DNA from: a virus
Taxonomy: Duplodnaviria; Caudoviricetes
IMG/VR virus record: IMGVR_UViG_3300033121_001571
Length of the DNA stretch: 64,000 bases
Strand: one strand, 5' to 3'
Positions within the stretch are counted from its first letter, which is position 1, and each line of letters starts with the position of its first letter. The position numbers and the translations under genes were made by a program. Below are positions 1-9,611 of this stretch, piece by piece. Below the pieces are notes generated by a model, which saw nothing but the letters and a program-made list of their open reading frames with translations, ran no database searches and was not told the origin of the DNA.

Positions 1-139
1 ACCCGCTCCAGCCAATTGGAGCGTGACGACCCGGCGCAGAAGCGTCATTAACTTGATCATCTAACCAAAGTTTCATCTTTGAACTCCCAATTCAATCTTA
101 CAACACAGTGCAAAGTATTGCACTGTCAACACGAGCAGA

Positions 140-331
140 TCAAGTGTATTTTTTCACAAATACTAACTCTTTAGAAGAGATTCTATAGATGATTTTTGTT
201 TCGAAGTTGAAATATCTTGCAAAGTGTTCATTCAGTGACAACAACATACAATTTGGTCTTGTGCTAAAGATGTGTGATATCAGATCACCTTTTGAAAATC
301 GTTTTTTTATTTCCATTTCCGCTAAGAACAA
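140..331 (-). CDS. xGD-family small protein
   Basis: FSKGDLI motif. Confidence 0.6.
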   Translation of the reverse strand: MFLAEMEIKKRFSKGDLISHIFSTRPNCMLLSLNEHFARYFNFETKIIYRISSKELVFVKKYT

Positions 332-512
332 TCGTCGTTAGTTCTAAATTTGATAGATCAAAATAACTCAAATGGTAGTGAGGTTCACTGCTAAAGAATA
401 TTTTTTCGCAGCTTTCTTCACACATATCACAATAAACAACTAAACAACGAACTTCATTTGGTAGGAATAAAATGTCACCAACTTTAGTTGTGTGAATATC
501 AAAGTTTTTCAT
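285..512 (-). CDS. xGD-family small protein
   Basis: KVGDILF motif. Confidence 0.7.
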   Translation of the reverse strand: MKNFDIHTTKVGDILFLPNEVRCLVVYCDMCEESCEKIFFSSEPHYHLSYFDLSNLELTTIVLSGNGNKKTIFKR

Positions 513-747
513 TAACGTTTTCAGGGTTATCTTCTTGAATTCGAGCAGCTCGAGTTCTAGACATAGTGAAATAACGTTTCTTGTTTTTCAACACTTTTCT
601 CAAGTCTTCATACGGTTGACAAACAAAACATTCGATTTCGCACTTTTCACAGTATTGTACGTAGCTGTGCTCTTTACAAAAGACAACAGTGTCGCCGTGC
701 ACTGGGCAAGTTTTAAGTTTTGTGTTTTTTTGACACTTTAACTTCAT
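499..747 (-). CDS. Cys-rich hypothetical protein, possible Zn-binding
   Basis: CPVH, CKEH, CEKC, CFVC; coupled to neighbours. Confidence 0.6.
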   Translation of the reverse strand: MKLKCQKNTKLKTCPVHGDTVVFCKEHSYVQYCEKCEIECFVCQPYEDLRKVLKNKKRYFTMSRTRAARIQEDNPENVNEKL

Positions 748-753
748 TGATTT

Positions 754-1290
754 TTAAGTCAAAGACTCAATTGTTCTAACAAATTTTCTCTCTAAACATA
801 TATCATTGCCCACAAATTTTTCTCCCCAAGTGCGCGTGTCAATATCATAAGGACGCACTTTGAGGTTAACGTGTGGAATAACTAGTACTCTAACTGCATC
901 TCTGGTGGAGAAACAATTTTTGTACTCTAGAAAAAGAAAAACCATGTTTTCAAGGTCATACTCGCCTTTGATCAAATCATCATCAGGGACATCTCTTGGA
1001 AATGGATTTTCTTTACCACCACAGAGAATCTCTGGAAATTCGATATCAATATCTTCTTCTTTGGGTCTATAATTTTTAGTTAGAGGCAATTGACTGTTGT
1101 AACAAGTCACCATCTTCATAAGAGTGCCTGGGATTAAGATCTCATTAGTTAATTTACTTTCACACTTCAAACAGTGACAACAACAGTGAACTGCACCCTC
1201 AATTTTTACTGTTTTGTGTAATTTGTAGTTGTTTTCGATCATCTCACAGATACTATCATAAAAATCTATTTGATTTTGGAACTTACTCAT
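754..1290 (-). CDS. xGD-family protein with CxCxxC N-terminal extension
   Basis: CHCLKC followed by IPGTLM. Confidence 0.7.
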   Translation of the reverse strand: MSKFQNQIDFYDSICEMIENNYKLHKTVKIEGAVHCCCHCLKCESKLTNEILIPGTLMKMVTCYNSQLPLTKNYRPKEEDIDIEFPEILCGGKENPFPRDVPDDDLIKGEYDLENMVFLFLEYKNCFSTRDAVRVLVIPHVNLKVRPYDIDTRTWGEKFVGNDICLERKFVRTIESLT

Positions 1291-1380
1291 CTGGAGCTCC
1301 TGTGAACAGGTGATCGTCTATGACAAACGAGTATCAAGCTAATATTACTGTCTGTGTAGAAGTCTTACACTCTAAGCACT

Positions 1381-1605
1381 CTATGTTAGTATCTTTTTGA
1401 ACCCCCTGTCAAAGCACCCAAAGTACTTTGGTTTAATCATGTCATTGTTTAGTGGTCCAAATACCATACAAATATGACCAACTCTTCTAGCTTTAACGTA
1501 CTTGATAAAAACGTAGATGTCACTGTTTCCGCGAAAACATAGTTCGCCAGAAGAAAGAAAACAGTTATTCTTGTTCATAATCAACTCCTCTATAGAAGAA
1601 CGCAC
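1381..1605 (-). CDS. xGD-family small protein (GPL subfamily)
   Basis: SGELCF, VFGPL. Confidence 0.6.
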   Translation of the reverse strand: MRSSIEELIMNKNNCFLSSGELCFRGNSDIYVFIKYVKARRVGHICMVFGPLNNDMIKPKYFGCFDRGFKKILT

Positions 1606-1795
1606 AGTATCTAGTTATCACTGTTGGTTTTGATTGGTTACAATCAGAAAACATAGTCACTTTAGATTGTAAGACACTTATGGGTCCGTATATTTGTAAA
1701 TCTTCTTTAACGTCATCAACATTTAAAACAAAGAAAACTTCTTTTGTGTAAAAATTAACAACAACATCTCCACGATTAAACTCGTGTTTCATCAA
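1565..1795 (-). CDS. xGD-family small protein (GPL subfamily)
   Basis: NRGDVVV, IYGPI. Confidence 0.7.
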   Translation of the reverse strand: MMKHEFNRGDVVVNFYTKEVFFVLNVDDVKEDLQIYGPISVLQSKVTMFSDCNQSKPTVITRYCAFFYRGVDYEQE

Positions 1796-2111
1796 CCTTT
1801 AATTTTCTTAACTTTAATGTGTAATAAGTTTTTATTTTCGCTGTGGGTGTTTCAGAAGACGACCACGATAATGGTCCAAAAACTCTAGAATTTTTAAAGA
1901 CTGTGTTACTTGTGTTTATTGAAAGAACAATATACACGTTGTCTTTTTCGGGCTCCTTTACGGTAGAAATTATACCCGATTTATCACGACGGTATATAGA
2001 AATTGGCTTAACTAGGCTGCCAATGAGTGGCAAATCTTGTAGAAGTTCATTTTGACACTTTAGACAAATACAATAATATGTTTCACCACCTTCAACGATT
2101 GGTTCATGCAT
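1776..2111 (-). CDS. xGD-family protein with CxCxxC (GPL subfamily)
   Basis: YCICLKC, IGSLVK, VFGPL. Confidence 0.7.
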   Translation of the reverse strand: MHEPIVEGGETYYCICLKCQNELLQDLPLIGSLVKPISIYRRDKSGIISTVKEPEKDNVYIVLSINTSNTVFKNSRVFGPLSWSSSETPTAKIKTYYTLKLRKLKVDETRV

Positions 2112-2487
2112 CTAGTTTAGAAATTTCTCTCGTGCGCCACATTTCTACACGACATATGTTTATTTTGCGAAAATTGTTGTTTAATGGTCCATATGCTAAA
2201 CACCATCCCTTTTCTACGCCTTCTAACTCGTTAAACACGACAGTGTTGCTTAACACCATGTACATTAATCCATCGCTGCTAGACGGGATCAAAAGTGGTT
2301 CGTGAGAACCGTAAGACCGTGATAATGGAGAATAAAAAGAAATACACTGGATAAGTGTACCTGGAATGTATTTCTTGCTATTTGCTACACTGTAACAAAT
2401 AGAACACATACAATAAAAAGTACTACAATAAAAAGATTTATCATTTGCTGTGATTACTTTGTTACAGCAACTTGCAGTGACCGTCAT
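2104..2487 (-). CDS. xGD-family protein with CxCxxC (GPL subfamily)
   Basis: YCMCSIC, PGTLIQ, AYGPL. Confidence 0.7.
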   Translation of the reverse strand: MTVTASCCNKVITANDKSFYCSTFYCMCSICYSVANSKKYIPGTLIQCISFYSPLSRSYGSHEPLLIPSSSDGLMYMVLSNTVVFNELEGVEKGWCLAYGPLNNNFRKINICRVEMWRTREISKLDA

Positions 2488-2705
2488 TACACAACACCAA
2501 TTTTTTTGAGTTGGTTGACGTGAAGTTTAACTAAGTGCATTTTATGCCCATCACCAAGGGGTCCATAAATAGACGCTATGTTGCGAGAGTTGATTTCTAT
2601 TATTATTCCAAGTTTTCCAAGTTGAAAATTAGAACAATCTTTGTAGTATAAGACATCATAATATGCTGTAGTGACTAAGTCACCGATTGCTATGCACTTT
2701 TTCAC
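2487..2705 (-). CDS. xGD-family small protein (GPL subfamily)
   Basis: IGDLVT, LGIII, IYGPL. Confidence 0.7.
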   Translation of the reverse strand: MKKCIAIGDLVTTAYYDVLYYKDCSNFQLGKLGIIIEINSRNIASIYGPLGDGHKMHLVKLHVNQLKKIGVV

Positions 2706-2944
2706 TTTGAATCTTTTATGACTCTTGCAACGTTGTCACTATTTAAGCTCTCTAAGTGTCCAAGAGAAACAAAACGATGCTTGTTGACAGTATTTTTGAC
2801 ACACACTAAAATATAAATTTCTGCGTACTCATCGTCAGGTTCTGAACTAGGTGATAAAAAAATACACAACTTAGAAAGACCGACGAAGTTACGAAGCTTC
2901 GGCGTGAAGACAACCAGTTGACCTGGTTTATATCGACTTTTCAC
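2702..2944 (-). CDS. xGD-family small protein
   Basis: KPGQLVV. Confidence 0.7.
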   Translation of the reverse strand: MKSRYKPGQLVVFTPKLRNFVGLSKLCIFLSPSSEPDDEYAEIYILVCVKNTVNKHRFVSLGHLESLNSDNVARVIKDSK

Positions 2945-3282
2945 TTTAACTTAGAAGAAACTTCTTTTAACTTCAAGACTTTGTCTCTCATCTCATCCAA
3001 GAGATCTAGGACAATCTGAAGACGGTTATCGCTCAGATCCTTAATTGAGTTAATTAACTCAATAAGTCTTCTTAGATCTGACGGAAGCGAATCTAATCTG
3101 ACATATCTTTCAACCTTGTCTTTTCCTCCCGGCGTCTCTGGGGGTGTGATGAACAAAATTCTATTGGGAAGTTCTGCATCGTTCATATACTCATCAACAG
3201 TCATAATAGTCGTAAGTCTAGATATTTTGTTTTCTGTGATTGGTTTGACACCTTCAAGAATTTTGCTTACATCAATACTCAT
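2941..3282 (-). CDS. hypothetical protein
   Basis: Coupled ORF with helical C-terminus. Confidence 0.7.
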   Translation of the reverse strand: MSIDVSKILEGVKPITENKISRLTTIMTVDEYMNDAELPNRILFITPPETPGGKDKVERYVRLDSLPSDLRRLIELINSIKDLSDNRLQIVLDLLDEMRDKVLKLKEVSSKLK

Positions 3283-3698
3283 TATTTTTTCCTTGTGTAA
3301 TCATTTAAGTGTGTTTGCAACATCTTGTTTAGCGTCTCGCACTCTTTTATGCAGTCTTCAACAGTTCCTTCAAATATTTCATATGTTTCAAATCCTGGCG
3401 CATCAAGCACGACGAGAGCACACGGTGATTCATCATCAGCTACGCTAGTCTTCATATCATGAGGACATACTTTAAAGGGCCTAAAAAGCTTTTTGGGTTC
3501 ATATAGACGAAGTTCTCCTAGTTCAGGTAACTTACCAAAACCGATCCAATCACCGATCATCATGACTCTATAACCGCTAGCTTCGTTAGCGAAATTTTGA
3601 GCTTCACCCTCAAGTTCAAGCGGAAAAACGCCTTTAGGAATTGAACGACCACTTGGGGTGTGAGAAAAAACAAAAATGTACTTCTTCGATTTAAACAT
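3282..3698 (-). CDS. hypothetical protein
   Basis: Coupled ORF. Confidence 0.7.
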   Translation of the reverse strand: MFKSKKYIFVFSHTPSGRSIPKGVFPLELEGEAQNFANEASGYRVMMIGDWIGFGKLPELGELRLYEPKKLFRPFKVCPHDMKTSVADDESPCALVVLDAPGFETYEIFEGTVEDCIKECETLNKMLQTHLNDYTRKK

Positions 3699-4056
3699 GT
3701 GGGTATCCTTTCTGTTCCCAAGTGTTAAATTGTTTCAAAGCTTTTTTGTAAAGCGGAAAGATAACGTCTATCTGTTTTACTAATCTTGAATGGCTTTTGG
3801 AGCTTTTTCCTGCGTTTCTGATTGTGCAAAGATCTCTGTGGAGAAAACTTAAACCAACGGTGATCTCTGAGATACCGTACTTAGCTCTGTTACTAAGTTT
3901 AGCATGAGTCTCTGAAGTCAGACGTTCTTCAGGAAGATGTTTCATTGCTTTTTGGAACTCCGTTGGATCGATTCCAACTGAAGGAAGTTTATCACACAGA
4001 TCAGTCAAATAATCTTTCCAAGTCTTCTTCACTTTCCCACCAAACCTTTCAACCAA
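3691..4056 (-). CDS. hypothetical protein
   Basis: Coupled ORF. Confidence 0.7.
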   Translation of the reverse strand: MVERFGGKVKKTWKDYLTDLCDKLPSVGIDPTEFQKAMKHLPEERLTSETHAKLSNRAKYGISEITVGLSFLHRDLCTIRNAGKSSKSHSRLVKQIDVIFPLYKKALKQFNTWEQKGYPHV

Positions 4057-4547
4057 GTTTCGTTGTCATCTGGAACAAAATTTTGTTCGGAGTCCCAAAT
4101 AACTGTAAAATTCTCTGATTCAATCATTTCAAATAGATCTGTCTCACTCCAGTCTTCACTTACCCAACCCTTGCTAGGATCATGGTGATCAAGTTTGTAG
4201 TTATCACCGTAAAACTGTGGAACATTGGTGATGATGTGTAGAGTGTTGCCCACTCCAGTGAAAACAGTGTTGTGTGAGAAAGTGTGCTCTGGTTTGTCGT
4301 TCAGATTAACGAGTTCTGATGCAATCTTTTCACCCTTGAGAAGATTCAACATGATCTTGTCAGCACCAACTGAATCATAACGAGTTGCACTTTCAACATC
4401 ACTCACCCAACCTTGGCCAGATTCACTGTAGAACATGGGTGAATCATAGTAGTGATCTGAATTAACAATGTTGGAGTGAAAACGAACCACAAATTGGTAA
4501 GATGAATCTTTTGGAGAGTTTTTTTTACTATTTTTCTTAGTTTTCAT
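4029..4547 (-). CDS. hypothetical protein
   Basis: 172 aa ORF in operon. Confidence 0.7.
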   Translation of the reverse strand: MKTKKNSKKNSPKDSSYQFVVRFHSNIVNSDHYYDSPMFYSESGQGWVSDVESATRYDSVGADKIMLNLLKGEKIASELVNLNDKPEHTFSHNTVFTGVGNTLHIITNVPQFYGDNYKLDHHDPSKGWVSEDWSETDLFEMIESENFTVIWDSEQNFVPDDNETWLKGLVGK

Positions 4548-4602
4548 GTTTTTCTAAATGTGATTTATCTTGTAACAGAGATGAAGATAGTGTGCATGCA
4601 TT

Positions 4603-4676
4603 GTTCTAACTGTGTTAGAATTTACTGCTAACACTACACGTTCTAACTGTGTTAGAATTTACTGCTAACACTACAC
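4603..4676. repeat. Perfect 37-bp tandem duplication
   Basis: gttctaactgtgttagaatttactgctaacactacac at 4603-4639 and 4640-4676. Confidence 0.9.
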
Positions 4677-4851
4677 AAGTTTCACTTTTAGTATCAACAC
4701 GTACTACTAGCACAAATTCTACAACGATCTTATCTGTTATGACATCATAACTTGTGATCTCCACAAGATTACCGACTTTGAGTTTGCTGATATCACTTCT
4801 TAATTTCATGTCTAACAGACAACTCATTAGACAATTCATCAAGCTTGACAA
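4615..4851 (-). CDS. xGD-family protein, C-terminus frameshifted by the 37-bp duplication
   Basis: KVGNLVE; duplication length is not a multiple of 3. Confidence 0.55.
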   Translation of the reverse strand: MSSLMNCLMSCLLDMKLRSDISKLKVGNLVEITSYDVITDKIVVEFVLVVRVDTKSETCVVLAVNSNTVRTCSVSSKF

Positions 4852-5044
4852 GATATTCTACAGCGACAGGGTAAACTCTTTTGGAGAATATTCCTAAAAC
4901 TGTGTAGTATAGCACACCAAATTCACTTACACACATATCACTTAAGACTAACTCTAAACGAAGTCCAATAGTTTCATCATCAATATATTCACTCTCTGAC
5001 GGTCTAACCCAAGCAACTAAATCACCTATTCTAAACTTAGACAA
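4793..5044 (-). CDS. xGD-family small protein
   Basis: FRIGDLVAW. Confidence 0.75.
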   Translation of the reverse strand: MSKFRIGDLVAWVRPSESEYIDDETIGLRLELVLSDMCVSEFGVLYYTVLGIFSKRVYPVAVEYLVKLDELSNELSVRHEIKK

Positions 5045-5234
5045 CTCGAATACGCCTTTCCTTGATAAGATCTAAGCCAAAAGAACGATCTAAGGTTGTG
5101 ACTTCATGATTTGTCAAGTTTAAAAGCAATATCGTATCAGTTGTTCTCAAGACGAGATAATATGAAAATTCGTCCAAGAATGTATGATCCAAGAAAATAA
5201 AGTGCCAGGGTTTAGCTGTGTGTTCACAAAACAC
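5037..5234 (-). CDS. small protein, probable diverged array member
   Basis: Coupled ORF. Confidence 0.55.
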   Translation of the reverse strand: MFCEHTAKPWHFIFLDHTFLDEFSYYLVLRTTDTILLLNLTNHEVTTLDRSFGLDLIKERRIRVV

Positions 5235-5502
5235 CTCTTTGTTTCATGTCATCTAACGGTGTAAGTTCATAATGTGTGATGATAACTTTTCCTTTCATAG
5301 TCAACACAACGTTGTAAAGAGTGTACGCAGGATTAATTCTTAAGTGCAAAAACATAACAAGACATTCAAAAAAATATTTTTGCTTTGCTTCTTTGTTAGG
5401 AATTCTTGAAAAATAAGCGTAATTAAAGTTATAGAGAAACAACTCTCCACGTTTAGATAGTCTCATTGTTGAGAGTACTTCATCTTCAATCGTTAAGATC
5501 AC
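5224..5502 (-). CDS. xGD-family small protein
   Basis: KRGELF. Confidence 0.6.
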   Translation of the reverse strand: MILTIEDEVLSTMRLSKRGELFLYNFNYAYFSRIPNKEAKQKYFFECLVMFLHLRINPAYTLYNVVLTMKGKVIITHYELTPLDDMKQRGVL

Positions 5503-5752
5503 GATCTAGTTCAGTTAGTTTATACAAGTAATCATATTTGAACTGTGTAACACCATTTCTGGTATACCGTCTCGTTTTGAAATTCTCTTTCAGGCCCTTA
5601 CTGAGGGGTAGCACGTACGGGTACCATCCGCTAAAACCAAGTTTCACAATAATTCCTATATGATTTTTGAGAAAATCTTTTGTAAACGGGGGAGATACAT
5701 CAGAAATAACAACAAGATCACCAGGTTTAAAGGATTTAGGCGTTTTCTTCAT
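5486..5752 (-). CDS. xGD-family small protein
   Basis: FKPGDLVVI, IGIIV. Confidence 0.75.
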   Translation of the reverse strand: MKKTPKSFKPGDLVVISDVSPPFTKDFLKNHIGIIVKLGFSGWYPYVLPLSKGLKENFKTRRYTRNGVTQFKYDYLYKLTELDRDLND

Positions 5753-5958
5753 CTGGCAAGAAGCTCATTAGGTCTGTAGAGACTGAACGCAGTGTAAATT
5801 TGACAACTTTCGATGTCAAACACAACATTTATATCTCCTTTCTTGTAAAGAAACAAACAGAAAAAACGTATATCAAAAGAATAACGTAACAGCTCTCCAG
5901 GTACAAAGTTAAAATTTCTCATAAACGATAAACATCTAAAGTATCGGAAACAATCCAA
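5749..5958 (-). CDS. xGD-family small protein
   Basis: FVPGELLR. Confidence 0.6.
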   Translation of the reverse strand: MDCFRYFRCLSFMRNFNFVPGELLRYSFDIRFFCLFLYKKGDINVVFDIESCQIYTAFSLYRPNELLAR

Positions 5959-6130
5959 AAGTTATATCGATAATTACACAACTGTCAATAACTAACACAT
6001 CGTAACATAGGACTCTATGTTCTATTCTAGACTCTGCCAGTTCTCTGCTCGGAAGTATTATTTTTAATATCATGCAAACATGTCCCCAAGCATACACTAG
6101 ATCACCAACATTAAATTTCTGATTTTTCAT
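5936..6130 (-). CDS. xGD-family small protein
   Basis: FNVGDLVY. Confidence 0.7.
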   Translation of the reverse strand: MKNQKFNVGDLVYAWGHVCMILKIILPSRELAESRIEHRVLCYDVLVIDSCVIIDITFGLFPIL

Positions 6131-6326
6131 GCTTACTCAAGGTGCTTAAGATAAGCAGAGTTTATGGGATAAGCGATTAAGTAATTTGTATCAAAAACGT
6201 AGTATGTGTTAACACAACTATCTTTTCTCAAGACAAGAACTATACGTTCTTCCCAACCTCGAGACACCATTAGACTTCCAACGTAGATTGTTTTTTGCAC
6301 TTGTGTTTAAAACTAAAAAATCTCGA

Positions 6327-6524
6327 TTAGATTATTGTTTTCAGAAGAGATCCAATACACATTGTTAGCCTAAACGATTCGAAATCTTTTATCTGAAGAA
6401 CATCGTATATGTCAAGATTTTTAGCAATTTTATCCTCTCCTAAGACAACATACAAGTACTTCTTTGGATAAGAACAATCATAAGGTATCACTAAATCTCC
6501 AGTATTAAATTTTTTCATTTCCAT
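6327..6524 (-). CDS. xGD-family small protein
   Basis: FNTGDLVI. Confidence 0.7.
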   Translation of the reverse strand: MEMKKFNTGDLVIPYDCSYPKKYLYVVLGEDKIAKNLDIYDVLQIKDFESFRLTMCIGSLLKTII

Positions 6525-6580
6525 TCTGAATATCTCAGCGTTGACGCTTCAATGCACTTGTCACGCTGGACTTTATGTTC

Positions 6581-6826
6581 TTATTTTACTATGGTTGTAA
6601 CAATAGTAGATTTCTGTTCAGTGACAAAACGACGAGCTTCTAACAATAATTGTTCAGTAATCAGATTAGTTGCATGTATTTCATTTAGAAACTCAATATC
6701 TTCAAACTCAAATTCGCCCAAAAAAATTTCTGCTAACTTCCACTCAACAGATTCATTGTTGTATTTGACGCACAATAAATCTGTTCCTCGAATTTCAAAC
6801 TTTATTCCCATTTTATTCTGATTCAA
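6581..6826 (-). CDS. hypothetical protein
   Basis: Coupled to upstream ORF. Confidence 0.6.
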   Translation of the reverse strand: MNQNKMGIKFEIRGTDLLCVKYNNESVEWKLAEIFLGEFEFEDIEFLNEIHATNLITEQLLLEARRFVTEQKSTIVTTIVK

Positions 6827-7097
6827 TCCTGATTGAAATGATCATTTCACCGTCATCTAACACAACCGCTCGCAGCTGATCATCATACGGCAAACAATCA
6901 AATTCACGGACAAAACGAGCTCCAGAATTTTGTTCGTGCAAACTTGCTCGCCGTTTATTGATTCTTTTCCAATTTGAAATATTCAAGGAAGGTTTCTCGT
7001 CTTCTGGCGGAAAGAATTGACTTGCGACACAACCTGGATTTTTCTGAATAAATTTCACTATTTCTTCTTTGCACAACTCAGTTGTGATTTTTTTCAT
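6813..7097 (-). CDS. phage hypothetical protein, leaderless
   Basis: Promoter GTGCAA-17-TAAAAT-6-ATG at 7132..7095. Confidence 0.75.
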   Translation of the reverse strand: MKKITTELCKEEIVKFIQKNPGCVASQFFPPEDEKPSLNISNWKRINKRRASLHEQNSGARFVREFDCLPYDDQLRAVVLDDGEMIISIRIESE

Positions 7098-7197
7098 GTT
7101 CTCATTTTACCATTCAACAGCACATCTTGCACTCAGCAACAACGGCACTCGTTGCTCCCAGATTTCCCTCAGAATAATCTTCTTGACTTTTATTGAG

Positions 7198-7454
7198 TCA
7201 CCCCAACACAAACATGATGAATTTTCTAAACCAGCTTAGAACCTCACTGTCAGAAGTCACTCTAAGAAATGAAGCGTCCCACTCGCTGCTGCGCCATCTC
7301 CAAAATCGATCGCTTCAGATTCACTGATAGTGACTCCGTACTCTCTTTGTATCAGCTCTCGAATCTTGTGGATGTCACCGTTGTCATAGTACGTGCTAGA
7401 CACGTCATTTCTAATCTGAAATGCTTTTGACACAAGTTTTTGATCAATCTTCAC
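7198..7454 (-). pseudogene. Frameshifted hypothetical gene, or sequencing indel
   Basis: One extra base in the T4 run (7302-7305) continues ...AIDF into WRWRSSEWDASFLRV... to a stop at 7198. Confidence 0.55.
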
Positions 7455-7466
7455 AAGAGCTCCTTT

Positions 7467-7694
7467 TTAATGATGAAGTGTTATTTCGTAGGATATGTTC
7501 AATTTTTTCATGAACACATAACTTATTATAACAACTTTATTTCGATCAAGATCAAAAACGCAACAGGAGTCCCACTGACACTCTGACAAGACTAAAACTA
7601 TCCGTTCAGCCAGTGACGTCTTGCCAGCGTAGTGAAGAACTAACTCTCCAGTTTTGTAACTATTTCTAAGTGTTGTCATGTGATTAAAAACCAA
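7467..7694 (-). CDS. xGD-family small protein
   Basis: YKTGELVL. Confidence 0.65.
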   Translation of the reverse strand: MVFNHMTTLRNSYKTGELVLHYAGKTSLAERIVLVLSECQWDSCCVFDLDRNKVVIISYVFMKKLNISYEITLHH

Positions 7695-7870
7695 AGATCC
7701 ATATCACGTTGGAATACTGCGGAAATTGTGTTGTAACTAAGTGAATAGGTGTGATACAAGTCACCGTACAGTGAATTTGTAGACGTGATCTTCAAGATCA
7801 AGAAAATTTCACTGTAAATTTCTAAAAATATCAGTTGACCAACTTTGAGTTTTGTGTGTTTAAGTTTCAA
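7676..7870 (-). CDS. xGD-family small protein
   Basis: LKVGQLIF. Confidence 0.65.
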   Translation of the reverse strand: MKLKHTKLKVGQLIFLEIYSEIFLILKITSTNSLYGDLYHTYSLSYNTISAVFQRDMDLWFLIT

Positions 7871-7976
7871 CTGTCTTTAATAGATCGTCTCGAACAACGA
7901 GAATGATATTTGTGGTGTAAGTGATAAACAACACAGTTATAAGACACACAAACACCAATATTCTAGGGAGAAATCT

Positions 7977-8288
7977 TCAGTCATAATCACAACCAGGTGG
8001 CAATGGCGGAAACAAGCAGTCAGATCTAACACGCATATATCTTTTCTTAGACAGACAAAAGATCACAGAGTTACCACTCAAAGTGTCTGGTCCCAAATAG
8101 ATTGATGGTTGATCAAAGTGTAGCTGACACGACGCTTGAATGTTTGCCGGGATGTACTCCAGGTACACGATATCACCAAGAGAAAACTTGTGTCTACTCA
8201 AAGAACACTTTGTCGAGCGGGTAGAGACACGTAAGTGGAAAAGAACACACTGTGTTATCTGATACACAAAACACTTTGTAAAACTCAT
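7977..8288 (-). CDS. xGD-family small protein (true start probably near 8200)
   Basis: FSLGDIVY. Confidence 0.55.
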   Translation of the reverse strand: MSFTKCFVYQITQCVLFHLRVSTRSTKCSLSRHKFSLGDIVYLEYIPANIQASCQLHFDQPSIYLGPDTLSGNSVIFCLSKKRYMRVRSDCLFPPLPPGCDYD

Positions 8289-8451
8289 TCCTATATACTT
8301 TTATGTCCTTGTTGTTATCGATCTGCATTATGATGACTAGATAATGTGAAAACTCACTTTGCTCTGAACGTAAAAATGTTATCCATGGATGAGAAGTACT
8401 TGAGCAGGCTGCTCCGATAACACGGAACTCACCACAGGTTGGTTTTATCAT
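8194..8451 (-). CDS. xGD-family small protein
   Basis: PTCGEFRV; coupled. Confidence 0.6.
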   Translation of the reverse strand: MIKPTCGEFRVIGAACSSTSHPWITFLRSEQSEFSHYLVIIMQIDNNKDIKVYRNEFYKVFCVSDNTVCSFPLTCLYPLDKVFFE

Positions 8452-8642
8452 GATCGCAACTTGTGTAGATGACAGTTTGAAACAAAAAAAGTTTGATTTT
8501 TACCATAGAAATCAAAGACTAACGAACCCGGCCAACGCGTGTTAGTGTTCAATATCAACACTATATTTGGACAACGTCGTCCGTTAAATACAACATCTGT
8601 ATTAACATCTGATCCCCAAACAACTATGTCTCCAACTTTCAC
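8448..8642 (-). CDS. xGD-family small protein
   Basis: MKVGDIVVW...LHKL. Confidence 0.75.
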   Translation of the reverse strand: MKVGDIVVWGSDVNTDVVFNGRRCPNIVLILNTNTRWPGSLVFDFYGKNQTFFVSNCHLHKLRS

Positions 8643-8643
8643 T

Positions 8644-8868
8644 CTATACGCCTTTGTAAACTGTCAACTTGTGCAGATAACTGGAAAAAGCGTAGTGGAA
8701 CGTGTTGTCGTATATCGCTAACACTAAACATATGTTGTTGACAATCTCTAAGATTAGCACTAGATCAGAAATGTTAAATTTTTCAAGATCACTCTCAGAG
8801 AAGAACTCAGAGTCAACAGAAATAAAGTTCCAAACAACTATGTCTCCAACTTTCAACTTAGGCATCAC
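8644..8868 (-). CDS. xGD-family small protein
   Basis: LKVGDIVVW...LHKL. Confidence 0.75.
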   Translation of the reverse strand: MMPKLKVGDIVVWNFISVDSEFFSESDLEKFNISDLVLILEIVNNICLVLAIYDNTFHYAFSSYLHKLTVYKGV

Positions 8869-9071
8869 TGCACAACAGCAACTGTCACTTTACACAAGTG
8901 ATGAAATGAATAGTAACGAACAGTGTAGGTCGGCAGGTGAATAGCTGCAACAACACTCTCAAGTATTTCTAATACTAACACCATGCCAGCGTTTTCTTCA
9001 CGTATACGTGAAGGTAAATCTCCATGCGAATAGTGGATGTATGCCAAATCTCCGGCTCTTATGTTTTTCAC
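8865..9071 (-). CDS. xGD-family small protein
   Basis: IRAGDLAY. Confidence 0.7.
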   Translation of the reverse strand: MKNIRAGDLAYIHYSHGDLPSRIREENAGMVLVLEILESVVAAIHLPTYTVRYYSFHHLCKVTVAVVQ

Positions 9072-9194
9072 ATTTCATTCTATCACTTAGAGAAAAACTT
9101 TTCACCCAAAGCGGTTTATGCTTTTTGCACTATCTCATTATCAAAATTAGAATTAGTCTGAATAGCGAACAATCACCAACTTGAAATTCATAGA

Positions 9195-9611
9195 TCAGAT
9201 CAAGGATCTTTCAATAAAGGCATTCAACGAAGGTACAAAGTGTAATTCTTGGATCTTCAAAAATTGAATAGACGGTATGTTACTTTTAACATATAGACTT
9301 CCATCCACAATACAAAGAATGTTAACATATTGCTTGTTCTCTGAAAGAATAAGCACGAGGTTTCTGACAAAGTAATCTTTTACAAAAGGTGGAATTAGTG
9401 TTGTCCACAAAACAATCTCGCCGGGTTCAATGATCCTAGAGTGTCTGTCTTTCACTTGTTCTTCAACTCTGCGTACGTTGTTGTCATGCCACTTTTCAGT
9501 GCAACTTGAAAATATAACTCTTCTATTCTCGTTATCACCATTTTCACTCTTCAAGTCTTTCAGTGTGCGAATCGATCTTAACCAGGCAGCTCCCATTTTG
9601 AATAAGCTCAA
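9195..9611 (-). CDS. xGD-family protein with N-terminal extension (start uncertain)
   Basis: IEPGEIVLWTTL, paralog of 9803..10027. Confidence 0.6.
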   Translation of the reverse strand: MSLFKMGAAWLRSIRTLKDLKSENGDNENRRVIFSSCTEKWHDNNVRRVEEQVKDRHSRIIEPGEIVLWTTLIPPFVKDYFVRNLVLILSENKQYVNILCIVDGSLYVKSNIPSIQFLKIQELHFVPSLNAFIERSLI

